Below, in pieces: positions 63,874-64,000 of a stretch of DNA of 64,000 bases. The position numbers and the translations under genes are program-made. The stretch is from Okamejei kenojei (Eukaryota). The notes beneath the pieces are model-generated. The model ran no database searches. It was not told the DNA's origin and saw only the letters and a list, made by a program, of their open reading frames with translations. Every line of letters begins with the position of its first letter. Position 1 is the first letter of the stretch. The DNA is taken from NCBI GenBank assembly GCA_035221665.1, contig CM069153.1, forward strand, positions 40,114,001-40,178,000. The letters run 5' to 3'.

Positions 63874-64000
63874 TATCAAGTAACCTCCTAGATTCCTGAA
63901 ACACTAGTCCTGGATTTGTCATAGAGACTTAGAGTGTCAAAGAGAGCCTGCTGAATTACTCCAGCATATTGTGTTTTACTCAAGTACCACAGAGAAGTTG

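Noticed and set aside
1-64000. CRISPR arrays, operons or other prokaryotic systems
   Set aside because: The sequence is vertebrate intronic DNA; recurring motifs are dispersed retroposon copies and microsatellite tails, not regularly spaced repeats.

Overview
Eukaryotic, repeat-dominated genomic DNA, very probably from an elasmobranch (skate, ray or shark). This is inferred from dense HE1-type V-SINEs together with CR1/HER1-like, Rex1/Babar-like and Penelope-like retroelements. Almost the whole window lies inside one minus-strand gene whose four small coding exons can be assembled with GT-AG splice sites and matching phases: 59748-59689 (signal peptide), 40350-40230 (PDGF N-terminal propeptide motif), 12321-12175 (Pro/Gln-rich linker, less certain) and 5872-5679 (first six cysteines of a PDGF cystine-knot domain). 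The product is a divergent PDGF-A/B-type growth factor, possibly an extra paralogue, and it lacks the usual furin site. Its last exons are not found and probably lie left of the window. The introns hold a structurally complete but coding-dead DIRS1-type retrotransposon carrying a 5' U2 snRNA fragment, and a hAT-type element with an 8-bp TSD, a duplicated end and a CpG-rich segment ending in a perfect sense-strand splice donor. They also hold many Penelope-derived repeats with minimal hammerhead-ribozyme motifs, MITEs, a short AAG-tailed retroposon family and a perfect 41-bp hairpin. Nearly all ORFs in the supplied track are spurious or transposon remnants. Repeat coordinates are approximate unless TSDs or TIRs are cited.
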